A DNA stretch of 64,000 nucleotides from Candidatus Krumholzibacteriia bacterium (GTDB lineage Bacteria; Krumholzibacteriota; Krumholzibacteriia; LZORAL124-64-63), in NCBI GenBank assembly GCA_050174015.1, contig JBFXKG010000003.1:1-64000 (forward strand), in the 5' to 3' direction. The notes beneath the pieces are model-generated. The model did no database searches and had not been told where the DNA came from. It saw nothing but the letters and a program-made list of their open reading frames with translations. Shown here one piece after another: positions 27,686 through 36,910 of the stretch (positions within the stretch are counted from its first letter, which is position 1; each line of letters opens with the position of its first letter). A program made the translations under genes and the position numbers.

Positions 27686-28264
27686 ATGGGCGCCGGATCC
27701 CCGCTGTCGCGGGAGGTCCTGTCCCGGGTCCGCCGGCGTGAGCCCGAAGCCCTGGGGATCCTGTTCGAGGTCTGCTTCGACCGGGTCTACGGGCTGGCCC
27801 TCCGCATGATGGGCCAGCCGGCCGCGGCGGAGGACATCGCCCAGGAAGTGTTCCTGAGGGTGCACCGGTCGGCCGACACCCTCGATCCTGACCGCGATCC
27901 GCTCGGCTGGATCCTGACCATCACGGGCAACCTGTGCCGGGATCACCATCGTTCCTTCGCGGCCAAGGTGGCCCGGGGATCGGGGACCGGGGCCCAGGAG
28001 GACGGTGGACGGGCGGAGCGGTTGGCCGGCGGAGACCCCGGGCCCGAGGAGCAGACCCTGGCGAGCGAAAGGGAACGGGTCATCCAGGAGGCGATCCTTG
28101 CACTTCCCGATCAGCTGAGGGAGGTGGTCCTGCTGCGGGACTACGAGGGGCTGGACCACAACACCATCGCGGACATGCTGGGAACCACCGGCACCGCGGT
28201 GCGCAAGCGTTACTCCCGGGCCCTGGCCCAGCTGGGCGAGATGCTCGAAGGTGAATGGCCATGA
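27686..28264 (+). CDS. ECF RNA polymerase sigma-70 factor
   Basis: AEDIAQEVFLRV, W...I..N.CRD, LP..LREVVLLR..EGL....IA..LG; start uncertain. Confidence 0.9.
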   Translation: MGAGSPLSREVLSRVRRREPEALGILFEVCFDRVYGLALRMMGQPAAAEDIAQEVFLRVHRSADTLDPDRDPLGWILTITGNLCRDHHRSFAAKVARGSGTGAQEDGGRAERLAGGDPGPEEQTLASERERVIQEAILALPDQLREVVLLRDYEGLDHNTIADMLGTTGTAVRKRYSRALAQLGEMLEGEWP

Positions 28265-29073
28265 ACGACGGCAACCAGCATGACCTGACGGCGGCGCAGC
28301 GCCGGGCTCAGGATGCGGTGCGGACCCTTTCCCGGCCCGCGGCGGATCCCGACTTCCGCGCGCGCCTGAAGCAGGATTTCATGACCGGCGCCCTGGCTGA
28401 GCAGGCGGGCCGGGCGGATGCCGCCGCCCGCAGGCGGTTCCGCCCGTGGATGGTCTGGACTCCGGTCGCCGCCGCTGCTGTCCTGCTGGTCATGGTCCTC
28501 GTCACCAACCCCCTGCCCGTCCCCCAGGTCATCGCCGTCACGGGCGAGGGCACGGTCACGGTGGACGGACGCTCCTTCTCCGCCGCCGACCGGGACGCCT
28601 ACGCCGGACTGCTGGGACCGGGATCCCGCCTGGAGGTCGCCGGCGGCGCCTCGGTGGACGTCCTCTATCCCGGCGCCATGGTCATGCGGGTGGAGTCAGG
28701 TTCGGAGTTCGACCTGCCGGGCCGGCCCGGCCGCTGGATCGGCCGCCGCCTGGACGGCTGGCTCAAGGCCGGCGAGGTGAGCATCATGACCCAGGGGGGA
28801 TTCCACGGGAACCATCTGGCGGTCGGCACCCCCGACGGCACGGCGGTCATCTCCGGCACCTTGGCCAACGTCATGGTCAACGACCAGCTGACCTGCATCT
28901 GCCTGTTCGAGGGTCACCTGCGGGTCGAATCGCCCGACGCCGATCTCGGTCACGTGGAGGCCGGCAAGCGCTGGGTCCTGCACCGGGACGGTTCCGCACC
29001 GGAATATCTTCCGATCGCACCTCCCCACCAGGAGCACATGGAAACGTTCGCGAAGGACCGCCGCGAACCCTAG
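28261..29073 (+). CDS. Anti-sigma factor with FecR-like periplasmic domain
   Basis: Overlaps the sigma stop; N-terminal F..RL, one TM, TPDG.A.I.GT and LFEG.L.V motifs. Confidence 0.7.
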   Translation: MNDGNQHDLTAAQRRAQDAVRTLSRPAADPDFRARLKQDFMTGALAEQAGRADAAARRRFRPWMVWTPVAAAAVLLVMVLVTNPLPVPQVIAVTGEGTVTVDGRSFSAADRDAYAGLLGPGSRLEVAGGASVDVLYPGAMVMRVESGSEFDLPGRPGRWIGRRLDGWLKAGEVSIMTQGGFHGNHLAVGTPDGTAVISGTLANVMVNDQLTCICLFEGHLRVESPDADLGHVEAGKRWVLHRDGSAPEYLPIAPPHQEHMETFAKDRREP

Positions 29074-29137
29074 GCTCCAGCCTTTCCTTGCCTCCATCCT
29101 CCCTCTGGACCAGAATGGGGCGACCGAAAGGAAGCCC

Positions 29138-30358
29138 ATGTCCCGGACCAATTTACTCTTCATCCTGGCCGTTCTGGTGGGCGCCGTCGCTCCGCGTCCT
29201 GCCGCAGGCGAGATCAGGGCCGAAGCCGATCTGCGCGTGCGCCAGGAGGTCCTCGACGGGGTGTACCACTTCACACCCGATCACGACCGCAACTGGATCC
29301 GGGTCCGCTCGCGGGTCGGGTTCCAGGCCGTCACCGGGAGCAGTGTTTTCCACCTGCGCCTGACCAACGAGCACCGGCACCACTTCCATCCCGATCAGGA
29401 TTTCGACTGGGACGAGGTCATCCTGGACAACGCCTCCTGGGAATGGCGGCAGGACGGGACTCAGGTGACCGTGGGGCGCCAGGACGTCATCTGGCCCGGG
29501 GGATTCCTGATGCTCGAGGGACATCCCCTGGACGGCAGCCGCAGCATCTATCACAACGCGGTGCGCCTGCGGAGCCGGGGAGATCGCGGTTCCCTGGACC
29601 TCGCCTTGATCAGGAACTTCCGTTATGACGACCTCGTGATCATCGATGACGAAAACCGCGCCCTGAGCGATTCCGACGAGGTGGGATTCGCGCTCAGGCT
29701 CCAGCGCGGAGAGGTGCACCTGGCGGTGATCCACAAGGAAGAGACGGATCTGGACCTGCGGACGTCGACCCTGAATGCCGGGATCGACCGCGAGCTTTGC
29801 TGCGGGCGCAAGCTGACCGGCGAACTGGCCTTGCAATACCAGGACGGTGACGATTCCCTTCATCCGGGGGACGGCTGGGCTGTGGCCGGCCAGGCGTTCC
29901 TGCACGGATCGGTGGCGGATCTGGCCCGCGCCGAGGCGGGGTTCTTCTATTACTCCGGTCAGGGTCACGATCTGCGCGCCTTCCGGACGCCCTGGGGCCG
30001 CTGGCCCAAGTGGAGCGAGCTGTACATCTACACGTTGATCGGGGAGAGCACGAACGGTCGCGTGAACGTGGCCGCCTGGGAGAACATCGCGGCGCCGCGC
30101 CTGACGCTGACGCGCGACCTGGGCCGGGGCGTGCAGGGCAAGCTGGGCGCAAGCTACCTGCTGGCGCCTGAGCCCGACTGGCAGGCGCGCGGCCTGCTGA
30201 CGCAGATGGGGGCGACCTTCAAGCTGGGTCACGGGGTGGACGGCCACCTGCTCTGGGAGATGCTGGATCCTGGATCGTTCCACGACGGGAGCAACGGACG
30301 GAAACCGTTGACCGGGACGGCGCACTTCCTGCGCTGGCAGTTGACGTGGGCTTGGTAA
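29138..30358 (+). CDS. Alginate-export (AlgE-like) outer-membrane protein
   Basis: Signal peptide; R.RQE, R.RSR.G, VGRQD....G.L..G.PLDGSRS; C-terminal aromatic residue. Confidence 0.6.
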   Translation: MSRTNLLFILAVLVGAVAPRPAAGEIRAEADLRVRQEVLDGVYHFTPDHDRNWIRVRSRVGFQAVTGSSVFHLRLTNEHRHHFHPDQDFDWDEVILDNASWEWRQDGTQVTVGRQDVIWPGGFLMLEGHPLDGSRSIYHNAVRLRSRGDRGSLDLALIRNFRYDDLVIIDDENRALSDSDEVGFALRLQRGEVHLAVIHKEETDLDLRTSTLNAGIDRELCCGRKLTGELALQYQDGDDSLHPGDGWAVAGQAFLHGSVADLARAEAGFFYYSGQGHDLRAFRTPWGRWPKWSELYIYTLIGESTNGRVNVAAWENIAAPRLTLTRDLGRGVQGKLGASYLLAPEPDWQARGLLTQMGATFKLGHGVDGHLLWEMLDPGSFHDGSNGRKPLTGTAHFLRWQLTWAW

Positions 30359-30449
30359 TCGATCGCCTGCGGCCGGAGACCATGATCCGGAAGATCTTAT
30401 CCATCGAGACGACCCTGAAACCGGATGACCGGACCCCGAGGAGCACTGC

Positions 30450-30572
30450 ATGGCCCCCTTCCACCTGCCCTGGCTCACCTTCGGCGCCTTCCTGGTGCTC
30501 GGCGGCACCATCGTGCTGGCGATCGCCTGGGCCCTGATCGACAAGCTGCGCGACCGGGAGGACCGCCCATGA
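30450..30572 (+). CDS. Small single-TM protein (symporter accessory subunit-like), 40 aa
   Basis: Hand-translated MAPFHLPWLTFGAFLVLGGTIVLAIAWALIDKLRDREDRP*; GAGGAG RBS; ATGA overlap with the symporter start. Confidence 0.65.
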   Translation: MAPFHLPWLTFGAFLVLGGTIVLAIAWALIDKLRDREDRP

Positions 30573-32029
30573 TGGTCTACGTCCTGGTCCTCGTGGTCTA
30601 TCTGGGGGCGCTGGCGGCCATCGGCGTGATGATGAGCGGCCGCAGCAAGTCGGCGGGCGACTTCGCCATCGGCGGGCGTTCGGTGGGACCGTGGGTCACC
30701 GCACTCAGCTTCGTGGCGGCCTACTACTCGAGCGTGGTGATCATCGGCGGCGGCGCCTTCGGCTGGAGGTTCGGACTGGCCACGCTGTGGATCGGCGCGG
30801 GCAACGTGCTGGTCGGCACCACCCTGGCCTGGATCGTCCTGGGCCGCCGGGTGCGCCGCTTCACCGGCAACCTCGACGCCATGACCATGCCGGGCTTCTT
30901 CGCCGCCCGGTTCGGCAGCCCCCAGGCGCGCATCTTCTCCGCGGCGACGACGGGGCTGTTCCTCATCATCTACAACGTCTCGGTGCTCAAGGGCATGGCC
31001 AACTCCTTCGAGGTGCTCATGGACCTGCCCTACTGGGCGGGGGTCGTCATCAGCGGCGTGGTCATCCTGTTCTACACGGCGGTCGGCGGCTACCTGGCGG
31101 TGGTCTGGACGAGCATGATCCAGGCGATCGTGATGATCGCGGCCCTCACCCTGCTGACCTTCATGTCCCTGCAGAAGGTGGGCGGCATGACGGCCCTGGT
31201 GGACAAGCTGCACGCCGTCGATCCGGGCCTCGTGCACACCCCCGGGGTCTGGGGCTGGGCCGGCCTGGTGAGCTTCACGCTCATCGTCAGCCTGGGCACC
31301 TGGGGGATGCCCCAGCTCATCGTGCGTTTCTACTCCATCAAGTCGGACAAGATGCTTCGTCTGGGCACGGTCATCGTGACCCTGGGAGCGTCCATCGCGC
31401 TGCTGCCGTACCTGACCGGCGCGGTGGCCAGGGTGCTGGTGCCGCAGCTGGATTCGCCCGACCAGGCCATCCCCGCATTGACCGCCCTGGTGCTCGACGA
31501 CTGGGGGGGAGCGCTGTTCCTGGCGGGCGTCGTGGCCGCGGGCATGAGCACCTTCGCCGGCGTGTTGATCATCATCGCCAGTTCCCTGGTGCAGGACGTC
31601 TGGATCTCGGGCCTGGGCCGCAAGCTGGATCCTGCCGCGGAGCTCAGGGCCAGCCGGATCACGAGCCTGGCCGTGGGGGTGGTGAGCCTGCTGATCGCCC
31701 TGAAGCCGCCGGCCCTGGTGCTGGTGTTGACGGCCTTCTCGTGGGCGGTCATCGCCTCGACGAACCTGTGGCCCCTGCTGTTCGGCATCTACTGGAAGAG
31801 GACGAGCCCGGCTGCTACCCTGGCCAGCATGATCGCCGGCGTCGGCGCGGCTCTCGTCTGGCAGGCTTGGCCGAAGATCGGCCTGCTGCCGCCGCTGCCG
31901 GATGGCCTGGCGGGAATCCACGGGTTCGTGGTGGGGACGGCGGTCGGTCTGGTCGTGATCCTGGCCGGGACCATGCTGGGCCGCCCTGCGCCTCGGGAGA
32001 ACGTCGTGCGGGCCTGGGGAGACCGATAA
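30569..32029 (+). CDS. Sodium:solute symporter (PutP/PanF-like)
   Basis: DF.IGGRS.GPW, GGY.AV.WT..IQ, G.PQ...RF, AAGMST. Confidence 0.9.
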   Translation: MMVYVLVLVVYLGALAAIGVMMSGRSKSAGDFAIGGRSVGPWVTALSFVAAYYSSVVIIGGGAFGWRFGLATLWIGAGNVLVGTTLAWIVLGRRVRRFTGNLDAMTMPGFFAARFGSPQARIFSAATTGLFLIIYNVSVLKGMANSFEVLMDLPYWAGVVISGVVILFYTAVGGYLAVVWTSMIQAIVMIAALTLLTFMSLQKVGGMTALVDKLHAVDPGLVHTPGVWGWAGLVSFTLIVSLGTWGMPQLIVRFYSIKSDKMLRLGTVIVTLGASIALLPYLTGAVARVLVPQLDSPDQAIPALTALVLDDWGGALFLAGVVAAGMSTFAGVLIIIASSLVQDVWISGLGRKLDPAAELRASRITSLAVGVVSLLIALKPPALVLVLTAFSWAVIASTNLWPLLFGIYWKRTSPAATLASMIAGVGAALVWQAWPKIGLLPPLPDGLAGIHGFVVGTAVGLVVILAGTMLGRPAPRENVVRAWGDR

Positions 32030-32055
32030 GAACATCCAGGGGAGGGGGTGGCGAG

Positions 32056-34065
32056 ATGAGGGATGCCCGCCCGGATGATGAGCAGGCCCTGGTGGACGAG
32101 TTGAGGGCCGGCGGGAAGCTCTATCGGGCGATCTTCGACGCGAGCCCCGCGGGGATCACGATCGTCACCCTGGACGGCCTGCGGTTCCTGGAGGTCAACC
32201 CCGCCTTCTGCCGGATGGTCGGCTATGCGCGGGAGGAGCTGCTGGCGAAGACCATCCCCGAGATCACCCACCCGGGGGACGCGGAACTCGACTCCCAGGT
32301 GGTGGCGCGGAGGAACGAGGGAGACTGCAGCCCCCTCGACTACGAGAAGAGACTGGTCCACCGGGACGGACATCCGGTCTGGGTGCGGCTGTACAGCATC
32401 CCGCTGGAATTCGCGGCCGGCCGCCCGACCATCATCCTGGGCGTGGTCCTGGACGTCACCCGGGAGAAGCGCTCCGAGCAGGAATCGCGGGAGTCCCGGT
32501 TGAGGCTGGATCTGGTGGCCCGCAGCTCCCACATCGGCATGTGGGACTGGTCCATCCAGACCGGGGACCTGAAGGTGGACGAGAACTGGGCCGACATGCT
32601 CGGCTATACCCTCGGGGAACTGGAGCCGGTGGGCGTCCGGACCTTCTTCGACGCCCTTCATCCGGACGACCTGAAGGTGTCCAGCAACGCCCTGGACGAC
32701 CATTTCCAGGGCAGAACCGAATCCTACGAATGCCAGCTGAGGTTCCGCCACAAAAGCGGATCGTGGATCTGGATCCTGGCCAGGGGCAAGGTCTTCGAAC
32801 GCGACGCGGTCGGAAACCCGGTCCGGATGCTGGGCACCCACATGGACATCACCGACCTCAAGCGGGCCGAGCTGCGCAACCAGGAATTCGACCGGCAGTT
32901 CCTGCAGACCCAGAAGCTGGAGAGCCTGGGCGTGCTCGCGGGGGGCATCGCCCACGACTTCAACAACATCCTGACGATCATCCAGGGCCACGCCGATCTG
33001 GCGTCGATCCTGATCCCCGGGGATTCACCGGGCCGGAGTTCCCTCCGGCAGATCACGTCCGCCGTGCGCCAGGCCGGGGATCTCTGCTCCCAGATGCTGG
33101 CCTATTCCGGCAAGGGCAACTACCTGATCGAGCCCATCGATCTGAACGCCCTGCTGGGGAACATCCAGCAGCTGCTCAGGACCTCGATCTCCAAGAAGAC
33201 GCAGCTGGAACTCGACCTCCATGGCCCGGTCGGCCGTTTCAGCGGCGATGCGACCCAGATCCGCCAGGTCATCCTGAACCTGGTCCTCAACGCCTCCGAG
33301 GCGATGGAGGAGACGGGCGGGCGCATCGAGGTCGGCGCCGGGACGCGGGAATTCAGCCGGTCCGAGCTGGTCGAGGACTTCCACGCGGAGAACCTCGAAC
33401 CCGGCTCCTTCACCTTCCTGCGCGTGGCCGACGAGGGGCCGGGCATGGACGCGCAAACCAGGGAGCGCGTCTTCGAACCGTTCTTCACGACCAGGTTCAC
33501 CGGGAGGGGGCTGGGCCTTTCCGCGGTGCTGGGCATCGTGCGGTCGCACCGGGGCGCGCTCAGGCTGGAGAGCGAACCGGGCCGGGGCGCGGCGTTCACC
33601 CTGATCTTCCCGGTCCTGATGGAGGATGTGACCGGATCGGAAGACTTGGCGCTGCCGGTGTCCGGTCCGGGGACCCCCCCCATGACCCTGCTCCTGGTGG
33701 AGGACGAACCGATGGTGCTGGACCTGGCGGCGGGCATGCTGGAGAGGCTGGGGATCTCGACCATCCCCGCCGCCGACGGCCGCCGGGCCATCGAGGCCTA
33801 CCGGGAGCACCGCGACCGGATCGACGGCGTGCTCCTGGACCTGACCATGCCCGTGATGGACGGCGAGGAGACCTTCAGGGAATTGCGGCGCCTCGATCCC
33901 CGCCTGCCCATCGTCATCTGCAGCGGCTACGCCGAGAAGGAGGTGGAGCGTCGGTTCTTCGGCAAGAGCCTGACGGGCTTCCTGTCCAAACCCTATTCGC
34001 TCGCGTCCCTGCGCGACGTCCTGCTGCCGGCTGTCCGGAACGCCGGCGAAGGACGGAAAGGATGA
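32056..34065 (+). CDS. PAS-PAS hybrid histidine kinase (CckA-like)
   Basis: Two PAS domains (ITHPGD, LHPDD); QKLESLGVLAGGIAHDFNN; GRGLGL; receiver LLVEDE...LDLTMP. Confidence 0.9.
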   Translation: MRDARPDDEQALVDELRAGGKLYRAIFDASPAGITIVTLDGLRFLEVNPAFCRMVGYAREELLAKTIPEITHPGDAELDSQVVARRNEGDCSPLDYEKRLVHRDGHPVWVRLYSIPLEFAAGRPTIILGVVLDVTREKRSEQESRESRLRLDLVARSSHIGMWDWSIQTGDLKVDENWADMLGYTLGELEPVGVRTFFDALHPDDLKVSSNALDDHFQGRTESYECQLRFRHKSGSWIWILARGKVFERDAVGNPVRMLGTHMDITDLKRAELRNQEFDRQFLQTQKLESLGVLAGGIAHDFNNILTIIQGHADLASILIPGDSPGRSSLRQITSAVRQAGDLCSQMLAYSGKGNYLIEPIDLNALLGNIQQLLRTSISKKTQLELDLHGPVGRFSGDATQIRQVILNLVLNASEAMEETGGRIEVGAGTREFSRSELVEDFHAENLEPGSFTFLRVADEGPGMDAQTRERVFEPFFTTRFTGRGLGLSAVLGIVRSHRGALRLESEPGRGAAFTLIFPVLMEDVTGSEDLALPVSGPGTPPMTLLLVEDEPMVLDLAAGMLERLGISTIPAADGRRAIEAYREHRDRIDGVLLDLTMPVMDGEETFRELRRLDPRLPIVICSGYAEKEVERRFFGKSLTGFLSKPYSLASLRDVLLPAVRNAGEGRKG

Positions 34066-34069
34066 GATC

Positions 34070-35149
34070 ATGACCCGTCCGTCCGGCGACCACCTGTTCT
34101 CCCCCTACCGGACGCGGGGAATCACCCTCCGCAACCGCATCGTGGTCGCGCCCATGTGCCAGTATTCGGCGGTGGACGGGGCGGCGGGCGACTGGCACCT
34201 GATGCATCTGGGCAAGCTGGCCGCAGGCGGCGCCGGCGCGGTCATCGCCGAGGCCGCCGCCGTGGTCCCCGAAGGGCGCATCAGCCCGGCCGACCTGGGC
34301 CTGTGGGACGACGCCCACGTCGAACCGTTGTCCCGGGTGTTCCGCTTCGTCGCGGCGCAGGGCGCCGTCCCGGGGATCCAGCTCGCTCACGCCGGTCGCA
34401 AGGCCGGCACGGCCGTTCCCTGGCAGGGAACGGGTCCGCTCGCGCCGGAAGACGGCGGCTGGTCGCCGGTCCGGGCGCCCAGTCCGGTGCCCTTCGCGGT
34501 GGGGTATCCCGTTCCGGCGGCCATGAGCCTGCAGGACATCGAAGCGTTGACGACGGCCTTCCGGCACGCGGCCCTCAGGGTCCTGGCCGCCGGCGCCTGC
34601 ATCGCCGAGATCCATGCCGCCCACGGCTACCTTCTGCACCAGTTCCTGTCGCCCCTGGCCAATCGGCGCACCGACGGCTACGGCGGCGGCTTCGCCGGAC
34701 GCACGCGCCTGGTGCGGGAGGTCGCCGCCGCGGTGCGCGAGGTCTGGCCGGAGGACTTGCCCCTGTGGGTCAGGATCTCGGCCACCGACTGGGTGGACGG
34801 CGGCTGGTCCGGGGACGAGTCCGTGGAACTCGCCCGTCAGCTCGGATCCCTGGGGGTCGATCTCATCGACTGCAGCTCGGGGGGGATGACGCCCGATGCG
34901 GTCATCCCGGCGGCGCCGGGATTCCAGGTCCCGTTCGCCGAGCGCATCCGCCATCAGACGGGGCTGGCCACCGGAGCGGTGGGGCTGATCACCGGTGCCC
35001 GCCAGGCGGACGCGGTGATCGCCGCGGGCAGGGCCGACGTCGTCCTGCTGGGGCGGGAACTGCTGCGCAATCCCCACTGGCCCCTGCACGCCGCGGTGGA
35101 GCTGGGGCGGACGGCTTCCGTGCCGCCCCAGTACCTGCGGGCATTCTAG
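34070..35149 (+). CDS. NADH:flavin oxidoreductase (Old Yellow Enzyme, YqjM/NamA-like)
   Basis: NRIVVAPMCQYS, IQLAHAGRKA, EIHAAHGYLLHQFLSP. Confidence 0.92.
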   Translation: MTRPSGDHLFSPYRTRGITLRNRIVVAPMCQYSAVDGAAGDWHLMHLGKLAAGGAGAVIAEAAAVVPEGRISPADLGLWDDAHVEPLSRVFRFVAAQGAVPGIQLAHAGRKAGTAVPWQGTGPLAPEDGGWSPVRAPSPVPFAVGYPVPAAMSLQDIEALTTAFRHAALRVLAAGACIAEIHAAHGYLLHQFLSPLANRRTDGYGGGFAGRTRLVREVAAAVREVWPEDLPLWVRISATDWVDGGWSGDESVELARQLGSLGVDLIDCSSGGMTPDAVIPAAPGFQVPFAERIRHQTGLATGAVGLITGARQADAVIAAGRADVVLLGRELLRNPHWPLHAAVELGRTASVPPQYLRAF

Positions 35150-35167
35150 CGTGGATCTTCCCGGCGG

Positions 35168-35665
35168 CTAGACGGCTGCCAGGGCCTTGCCGTAGTCCGG
35201 TTCCTCGACGGTCTCGGGCACCAGCTGGGTGTACTTGACCTTGCCCTGGCCGTCGATGACCACCACCGAACGGGCCATCAATCCCGCCAGCGGTCCGTCG
35301 GCGATCCTCACCCCGTAGGCCCGACCGAAGGAGCCGTCCCGGAAGTCCGAGGCGCTGACCACGTTGTCCAGCCCCTCGGTGGTGCAGAAGCGCTTGTGGG
35401 CGAACGGCAGGTCCATGGACACGCACAGGACCACGGCGTCCTCGAGCTCCGAGGCTTCCTTGTTGAAGCGGCGGACGCTGGCGGCGCACACGTCGGTGTC
35501 CAGGCTGGGGAAGATGTTCAGCACGACGGTCTTGCCGGCGAAGTCGGCCAGGGTGACGGCCGAAAGGTCGGTCTTCACGAGGGTGAACGCGGGGGCCTTG
35601 GCGCCGACGGCAGGCAGGTCGCCCACGGTGTTGAAGGGGTTGCCCTTGAGAGTGAACTTGGCCAT
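35168..35665 (-). CDS. tpx: Thiol peroxidase (atypical 2-Cys peroxiredoxin)
   Basis: [25 protein letters not shown]. Confidence 0.93.
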   Translation of the reverse strand: MAKFTLKGNPFNTVGDLPAVGAKAPAFTLVKTDLSAVTLADFAGKTVVLNIFPSLDTDVCAASVRRFNKEASELEDAVVLCVSMDLPFAHKRFCTTEGLDNVVSASDFRDGSFGRAYGVRIADGPLAGLMARSVVVIDGQGKVKYTQLVPETVEEPDYGKALAAV

Positions 35666-35836
35666 CGTCGTTCTCCTTGATGGGGTGGATGCATGGTGGA
35701 TGCATGACTGCACCCGCACAATGTCGCATCACCGCTTTTTGCCGCAACATGCTATATTGAACCAGGTAACGATCGGCTGCGGCATCGACATATGCCGGGC
35801 CGCCTTCCCGGCTTCCATCCCGCGAGGTATCCCCGC

Positions 35837-36358
35837 GTGCCCAAGCCCTTGCCACCCCGGACGCCGGGCGGTCCCCGGTTCAGCATCTCCAGCTGCAACT
35901 GTCCGGACTGCCGCGCCGCCTGCCTGAATTCGCCCGGCTGGTTCATGCCGCGGGAAATCGACAAGCTGGCGAAACATCTCGACCTGGACGTTCCCACGCT
36001 GTTCCGCAAGTACCTGGCCGTGGGGGTGACCCACATGCCCGACGGCGCCCTGCGTCACGGGGTGATGCCCCACAAGCTGCGCGACGGCAAGAAGCCGGGG
36101 ACCCTCTGGACCTTGAACGAGCTCGCCCAGCCCGGCCGCTGCATCTTCTTCGACCGCGGCCGCTGCACCATCTACGAGGCCCGTCCCTACGAATGCGCCC
36201 GTATGATCCACGACCGGCAGAAGGAATCGGTCAAGCTCCGCCACCACATCGTGGCGGCCTGGACCCAGGCTGCGCTTCGGCCCTTCGCCGAACTCACGGG
36301 GAAGAAGCTGTCCGGAGGGGTTCCCGGGGGAAGGAACCGGAGGATTCGGCCCGCTTGA
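35837..36358 (+). CDS. YkgJ family cysteine-cluster (Fe-S/Zn) protein
   Basis: CxCxxCxxxC, CIFFDRGRCTIYEARPYEC; GTG start inferred. Confidence 0.7.
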   Translation: MPKPLPPRTPGGPRFSISSCNCPDCRAACLNSPGWFMPREIDKLAKHLDLDVPTLFRKYLAVGVTHMPDGALRHGVMPHKLRDGKKPGTLWTLNELAQPGRCIFFDRGRCTIYEARPYECARMIHDRQKESVKLRHHIVAAWTQAALRPFAELTGKKLSGGVPGGRNRRIRPA

Positions 36359-36825
36359 CGATCTGCTTGGGCATCCCGGCGAACACGCGCTGGGAGAGCG
36401 ACCGCGCCGGGAACACCCTGACCTCCATGGGGGTGATCTCCTCGGCCCGGGAACCGGCCAAGTTCGGTTACCTGTTCCTGCGCCAGGGCGAGTGGGACGG
36501 CCGGCAGTTGATCTCGGCCGGCTAGGTGGGCGACGCCAGCAGCAGCTGGGACGACAACGCCTTCCTGGGCCGGGTCTGCGCCGCGGTGACGGGCAAGCAT
36601 GGCGAGCCGGCGAAGCCGATGGCGGGCGCCGCGGCAAGGGTTGCCCTGGAAGTCGGAGCGACCCCCGAGTCCCCCGTCCTGCTGGGCAACCATCCCAACC
36701 CCTTCAATCCCCGGACGGAGATCGGTTTCGCGCTTCGGGCTCCGGGCCTCGGCCGCGGGGGTCTACTTTCCAGGCTGGAGACGGGCTCCTGGGCGGCCAC
36801 GGGCAAGATGGTCCTGGTCGAATAG
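36359..36825 (+). pseudogene. Decayed serine-hydrolase (beta-lactamase family) fragment plus FlgD/T9SS-like tail remnant
   Basis: ARE.AKFGYLFLRQGEWDGRQLIS then stop, no start; downstream LLGNHPNPFNPRTEIGF...KMVLVE with an apparent internal deletion. Confidence 0.55.
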
Positions 36826-36838
36826 GGTCCGGGCTGAT

Positions 36839-36910
36839 CCCCCGGGGGGCCTACTTCCTCAAAAACGGGCTCCAATCACCAGATTGGAGCCCCTTTTCGT
36901 CGGGGGATCA
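36839..36910. repeat. Dispersed repeat, copy A (partial)
   Basis: cccgggggg-cctacttcctcaaaaacgggctccaatca...ttggag matches the 39612 and 41470 copies. Confidence 0.7.
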
